The notes below the pieces were generated by a model. It was not told the DNA's origin, made no database searches, and saw nothing but the letters and a program-made list of their open reading frames with translations. Positions 49,249 to 52,836 of a stretch of DNA of 52,836 nucleotides are shown here, piece by piece. Made by a program: the position numbers and the translations under genes. Source of the DNA: a virus; IMG/VR virus record IMGVR_UViG_3300025738_000002; one strand, 5' to 3'. How positions within the stretch are numbered: the first letter of the stretch is position 1; the number at the start of each line of letters is the position of its first letter.

Positions 49249-49525
49249 ATTGTGTGGTGTGTGTGTGCATGAATGTTATATGTGCGTGCCTATGTATGAG
49301 TGTATAGCACTGAGTGTGATGACATATTATATCTATCTATTTGTTGGTACTAGTGAGTGAGTGTGTAAATCACAGACATGATAAATAATATATATTTATC
49401 AATAACTTACAGCGGGGGAGGGTGCGGAGTGGTCACTAACCTATCAAGATTGCACCATTTGGCTGTTCTCACGTTATTTCAAACTTACGGGCGTTCCCCA
49501 AAACCCACAAACTAAAGGACATTGT

Positions 49526-49852
49526 ATGTATAACAACATGTCAGAGCGGCAAAGTGAGCTGTTCGCGGCGGTTAAAGACCACCTTAGCGACGACAACGTA
49601 ATTGATAATTCATTGGCCGCTAATATGGCGATCCTAATGGACACCATCGAGAAAGCAAACGCGCACGTAAATGAAAACGGCGCGGTGTTAGAACAGACCG
49701 GCGATAAAGGTCAAACCAGATTTATAGCTAATCCAGCCGTCGCCCAGCGGGACGCAGCAATTAAGCAAATCAATGTGCATGTACGCACACTCAAGATTGA
49801 AACTCAGGTTTTGGAAGAAGAAAGCGAACTAGCTAAATTCCTTAAAACATAA
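49526..49852 (+). CDS. Terminase small subunit, P27 family
   Basis: GQTRFIANPAVAQRDAAIKQINVHVRTLKIE fits the P27-family C-terminal pattern. The gene immediately precedes large terminase. Confidence 0.7.
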   Translation: MYNNMSERQSELFAAVKDHLSDDNVIDNSLAANMAILMDTIEKANAHVNENGAVLEQTGDKGQTRFIANPAVAQRDAAIKQINVHVRTLKIETQVLEEESELAKFLKT

Positions 49853-49867
49853 TTAACAGGGGGATTA

Positions 49868-51634
49868 ATGGCCATTAAAAAACTGCACCACAAAAAACTA
49901 ACTCAATACATTGATTCCTTAAATATCCCAGAGTTCAGCCTGCTAGACCAGCATCCGAAGCAAGTACACCGTTACGCTGCAGATATCGTTAACGGAAATA
50001 TATTGGCATGTAAGTGGATCAAGCTGGCTGCAGAACGACACTTTAATGATCTCTACCGTTCACAGCATGACAGCTCATATCCATATGAATTTAGCGAAGC
50101 AAAAGCAAAGAAGATTATCGACTTCTACAAGTTCATTAAGCACACCAAAGGCGTACTTGCTAGAACGTCAATTCAATTACTACCTTGGCAACAATTTACG
50201 CTAGGTTCGCTAATTGGCTGGGTTCGTAAAGATAATGGCCTGCGCCGGTTTAAGCAGTCAAATATTTGGGTTGCACGTAAAAATGGCAAATCAACGATTG
50301 CCTCCGGTTTAGCGCTTTATCTGCTGATTGCTGATGGTGAAACTGGTGCGGAAATTTATTCGGTTGCCACAAAAGTCGATCAAGCGAGGATCGTCTGGGA
50401 CGATGCTGTTCGTATGCTTGGTATGTCAAAACTTAAAGACATGCTGAAAATTCGTAAAGGCCGTAACGAAATCCTTAGCGACGAAACATTTTCAAAATTT
50501 ACCCCACTTTCCAGTGACTCAAACTCTCTAGATGGCCTTAACATCCACTGCTTCATCGCTGACGAAATTCACGCATGGAAAGATAGGAATCTATATGGTG
50601 TGCTTGAAACGGCCACAGGGTCGCGTACACAGCCAATCGCGTTCACAATTTCTACAGCCGGTTGGATACTCGATGGCGTTGGTAAAGATATTTTTGACGA
50701 TGGCCTAAGCATTTTACAAGACTACGGCTGTGAAGAAGAGATATTCACGCTCAACTATACGATCGATGATAAAGACAAATGGAACGATCCTACCGTATGG
50801 ATCAAGAGTAACCCTTGCCTTGGTGCTTCGGTCCAAGTTGATGACATTTTAAGGCTGTGTCGTAAGGCAGAACGACTAACCAGTGAGCGCCCCAACTTCC
50901 TGACCAAGCGACTTAATATTTTCGTTAATAATGCGGAAGCATATTTCGATCAAACTAAGGTTTACGCTTGCGCAGACCCGACAGCCAAGATTGAAGACTT
51001 CAAAGGCCGTGAATGCTACATAGGCATCGATTTTGCCGAATATGTGGATTTAGCGTCAGTTTGCTACCTTTTCCCGAACTCTAACGGCAGTTTTAACGTG
51101 TTTTACGACAATTTCCTCCCACATTCTGCATTAGACAAAGTGTCCGAGCAGATGAGGCAACGATATTACGCATTAGACGATGAAGGTTATCTAAATATCT
51201 TGAGTGGCGACGTAATGGACCACGCCACGCTCGAAGGTGTTCTACGTGAAGCGAAAGAAAATTACGATTTAAAAAGTATTGCATACGATCCCTACCATCT
51301 AACCCAAATCGCCAACCAGTTAGAGAAAGAACGTTACCCGATGGTTTCAGTTACCCAAACAATAGCGAACTTATCCGAAGCGGCCAAGCTCATGTCTAAG
51401 TACATAGAGAGTAAACAGCTAATTTACAACGGTGATAAGACCTTTGAATGGTGTTGCTCGAACACTATGGCCAAAGTCGATGACAAGGCCAACGTTAAGC
51501 TATTTCGTGAAAATCCAAGGGTACACAAAATTGATGCGGTAATCGCGACTGTGATTGCGATTTCGATGGCTGAGATACAAGAGAAGCCTGTTGACTCGCC
51601 GTACAAGCAGAGAGGTTTCAGAGTGCTTTATTAA
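49868..51634 (+). CDS. Terminase large subunit (Terminase_1 / HK97 gp2-like)
   Basis: LLPWQQFTLGSLIGW...IWVARKNGKSTIASGLALYLL (Walker A region)...EIYSVATKVDQARIVWDDA. Confidence 0.9.
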   Translation: MAIKKLHHKKLTQYIDSLNIPEFSLLDQHPKQVHRYAADIVNGNILACKWIKLAAERHFNDLYRSQHDSSYPYEFSEAKAKKIIDFYKFIKHTKGVLARTSIQLLPWQQFTLGSLIGWVRKDNGLRRFKQSNIWVARKNGKSTIASGLALYLLIADGETGAEIYSVATKVDQARIVWDDAVRMLGMSKLKDMLKIRKGRNEILSDETFSKFTPLSSDSNSLDGLNIHCFIADEIHAWKDRNLYGVLETATGSRTQPIAFTISTAGWILDGVGKDIFDDGLSILQDYGCEEEIFTLNYTIDDKDKWNDPTVWIKSNPCLGASVQVDDILRLCRKAERLTSERPNFLTKRLNIFVNNAEAYFDQTKVYACADPTAKIEDFKGRECYIGIDFAEYVDLASVCYLFPNSNGSFNVFYDNFLPHSALDKVSEQMRQRYYALDDEGYLNILSGDVMDHATLEGVLREAKENYDLKSIAYDPYHLTQIANQLEKERYPMVSVTQTIANLSEAAKLMSKYIESKQLIYNGDKTFEWCCSNTMAKVDDKANVKLFRENPRVHKIDAVIATVIAISMAEIQEKPVDSPYKQRGFRVLY

Positions 51635-51642
51635 GGAAGGTT

Positions 51643-52836
51643 ATGTTTAATAAATTAAAGAAATGGCTGGGCCATGAAGAGAAGGCTTACACCGTAGACG
51701 AGTATATCCGAAGAACAACGCAAAACAGAGAATTCGCCGGCGTTAACGTTTCCCCCAGTACATCCCTAAGACAGGCAGATGTGTACGCCTGCATAAAAAT
51801 CATTGCAGAAAGTATCGGTATGATGCCGTTGAAGGTATACAAGCAAGATGAAGATAATTTAGTTGAAGTGCCTAATACGCACCGGCTATACAAAATCTAT
51901 TCAAAACGACCTACTGACTTCGTAACCACGCAAGAGCTAATCGAAACCATAATAACCAACCTACTTACATTCGGTAATTCGTATTGCTACCTGAATCGCC
52001 GTCCTGATGGGAAAGTCGTTGAGATAATCCCATTCCAGCATCCCAACTCTGTTGCGGTGGATATGGACAATCAAGGCCGTGTTTACTACACGTATTCGAC
52101 GAATGACCATCAAACGCGAAACAAGATTTTTGTACAAGATGAGATCTTGCATATCAAGCTTAATTCGCAGAATGGCTACGAAGGTATGTCACCAATCGAT
52201 AAGGCTGCTGAAAGCATCGGTATTAGCATAGCTAACGCCCGTTACACGTCAAAGACCTTTGAAAATGCGGCGATGACTTCCGGTGTCCTGTCAGTGGGTA
52301 ATGACCAAGAACTTACCGACGAACAGTACTCACGACTGCAGGATTCATACGAAGATTACCGAGGTGTTAACGCAGCCGGTAAAATTTTGATTCTTGAAGG
52401 TGGAGCTACGTTCCAAGCGACTAGCCAATCAAATCAGCAAGCTCAAGTTCTTGAGTTGGCCAAGTACAGCAGGGAGCAAATAAGCTCAATTTTCAGAGTG
52501 CCTACGAACATGCTAGGTGATACCGCAGCGCAGACCTACAACAACGTAGAAAACAACGCGATTAACTTCCTTCGTCATACATTACTGCCACACATCACCA
52601 AGATTGAAACGGCACTAAATGACCTTATCGATAACGGTTACGAAGTGAAATTCGACACTAACGAGTTCTTGCGTGGTGACAGTAAAACTCAAGTGGAAGT
52701 ATGCGACGGCCTAGCGAAATTGGGTGCCATTTCAGTTAACGAAATACGAAAGAAATTCGGTATGAATACAGTTGAAGGCGCTGACGTATATCAAGTCATA
52801 ACCAACAACGCAGAATTTGGCACATGGGAAGAAGCA
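51643..52836 (+). CDS. Portal protein, HK97 family (N-terminal about 398 codons; the ORF runs off the window and continues at nt 128-229)
   Basis: ATG at 51643 follows RBS AAGGAAGG. My hand translation is open to the window end (MFNKLKKWLGHEEKAY...REQISSIFRVPTNMLGD...). The gene lies directly after large terminase. It is missing from the ORF track because there is no stop inside the window. Confidence 0.9.
   Translation, partial: MFNKLKKWLGHEEKAYTVDEYIRRTTQNREFAGVNVSPSTSLRQADVYACIKIIAESIGMMPLKVYKQDEDNLVEVPNTHRLYKIYSKRPTDFVTTQELIETIITNLLTFGNSYCYLNRRPDGKVVEIIPFQHPNSVAVDMDNQGRVYYTYSTNDHQTRNKIFVQDEILHIKLNSQNGYEGMSPIDKAAESIGISIANARYTSKTFENAAMTSGVLSVGNDQELTDEQYSRLQDSYEDYRGVNAAGKILILEGGATFQATSQSNQQAQVLELAKYSREQISSIFRVPTNMLGDTAAQTYNNVENNAINFLRHTLLPHITKIETALNDLIDNGYEVKFDTNEFLRGDSKTQVEVCDGLAKLGAISVNEIRKKFGMNTVEGADVYQVITNNAEFGTWEEA
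52710..52836. repeat. Terminal overlap copy 2, identical to nt 1-127
   Basis: Same 127-mer as the window start. The unique genome length is 52,709 bp. Confidence 0.95.

Noticed and set aside
49249-49330. GT/TG-rich tract and the repeated palindromes as a CRISPR array or microsatellite
   Set aside because: There are no regularly spaced direct repeats with unique spacers anywhere in the window. The tract is short and irregular. I interpret it as part of the packaging or regulatory region.

Overview
The window is a complete, circularly closed phage genome. Nt 1-127 are identical to nt 52710-52836, so the unique length is 52,709 bp. The overlap looks like an assembly closure and it cuts the portal gene.

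Layout on the circle:
- 46.3-49.1 kb: early region with sigma70-like promoters and small genes.
- 49.1-49.5 kb: repeat-rich, strand-asymmetric region that is a candidate packaging site.
- 49.5 kb across the junction to 25.6 kb: an HK97-type morphogenesis block. It contains P27-type small terminase, large terminase, portal, S78 prohead protease, HK97-fold capsid, connector proteins, major tail protein, a G/G-T chaperone pair with a canonical A_AAA_AAG -1 frameshift site, tape measure, a lambda-J/GTA-like tail tip, and about 16 kb of tail-fibre genes.
- 25.7-28.9 kb, minus strand: a lipoprotein/membrane moron operon followed by a type-Ib ParA/ParG-like partition cassette bracketed by GACACAC-N3-GTGTGTC palindromes.
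- 29.0-30.2 kb: an ORF-free, hairpin-dense block with phased GATC sites and iteron-like 10-mers.
- 30.2-32.9 kb: an AT-rich two-gene island, including a large-serine-recombinase look-alike whose catalytic motifs appear degenerate.
- 33.1-40.6 kb: a replication/recombination module (Sak4-like ATPase, SSB-like protein, SF2 helicase, YqaJ exonuclease, Toprim-P-loop primase/helicase, VRR-NUC).
- 40.66-41.27 kb: an unusual tRNA array.
- 41.3-46.3 kb: accessory genes, including an MshA-type type IV pilin, candidate lysis genes and an HNH endonuclease.

I recognise no integrase with an intact active site and no CI/Cro pair. Together with the par cassette, this suggests a phage-plasmid lifestyle (inference). 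The host is probably a marine gammaproteobacterium such as Vibrio, Shewanella or Pseudoalteromonas (weak inference from the pilin N-terminus and base composition).

All family assignments come from reading motifs by eye. No database search was possible.
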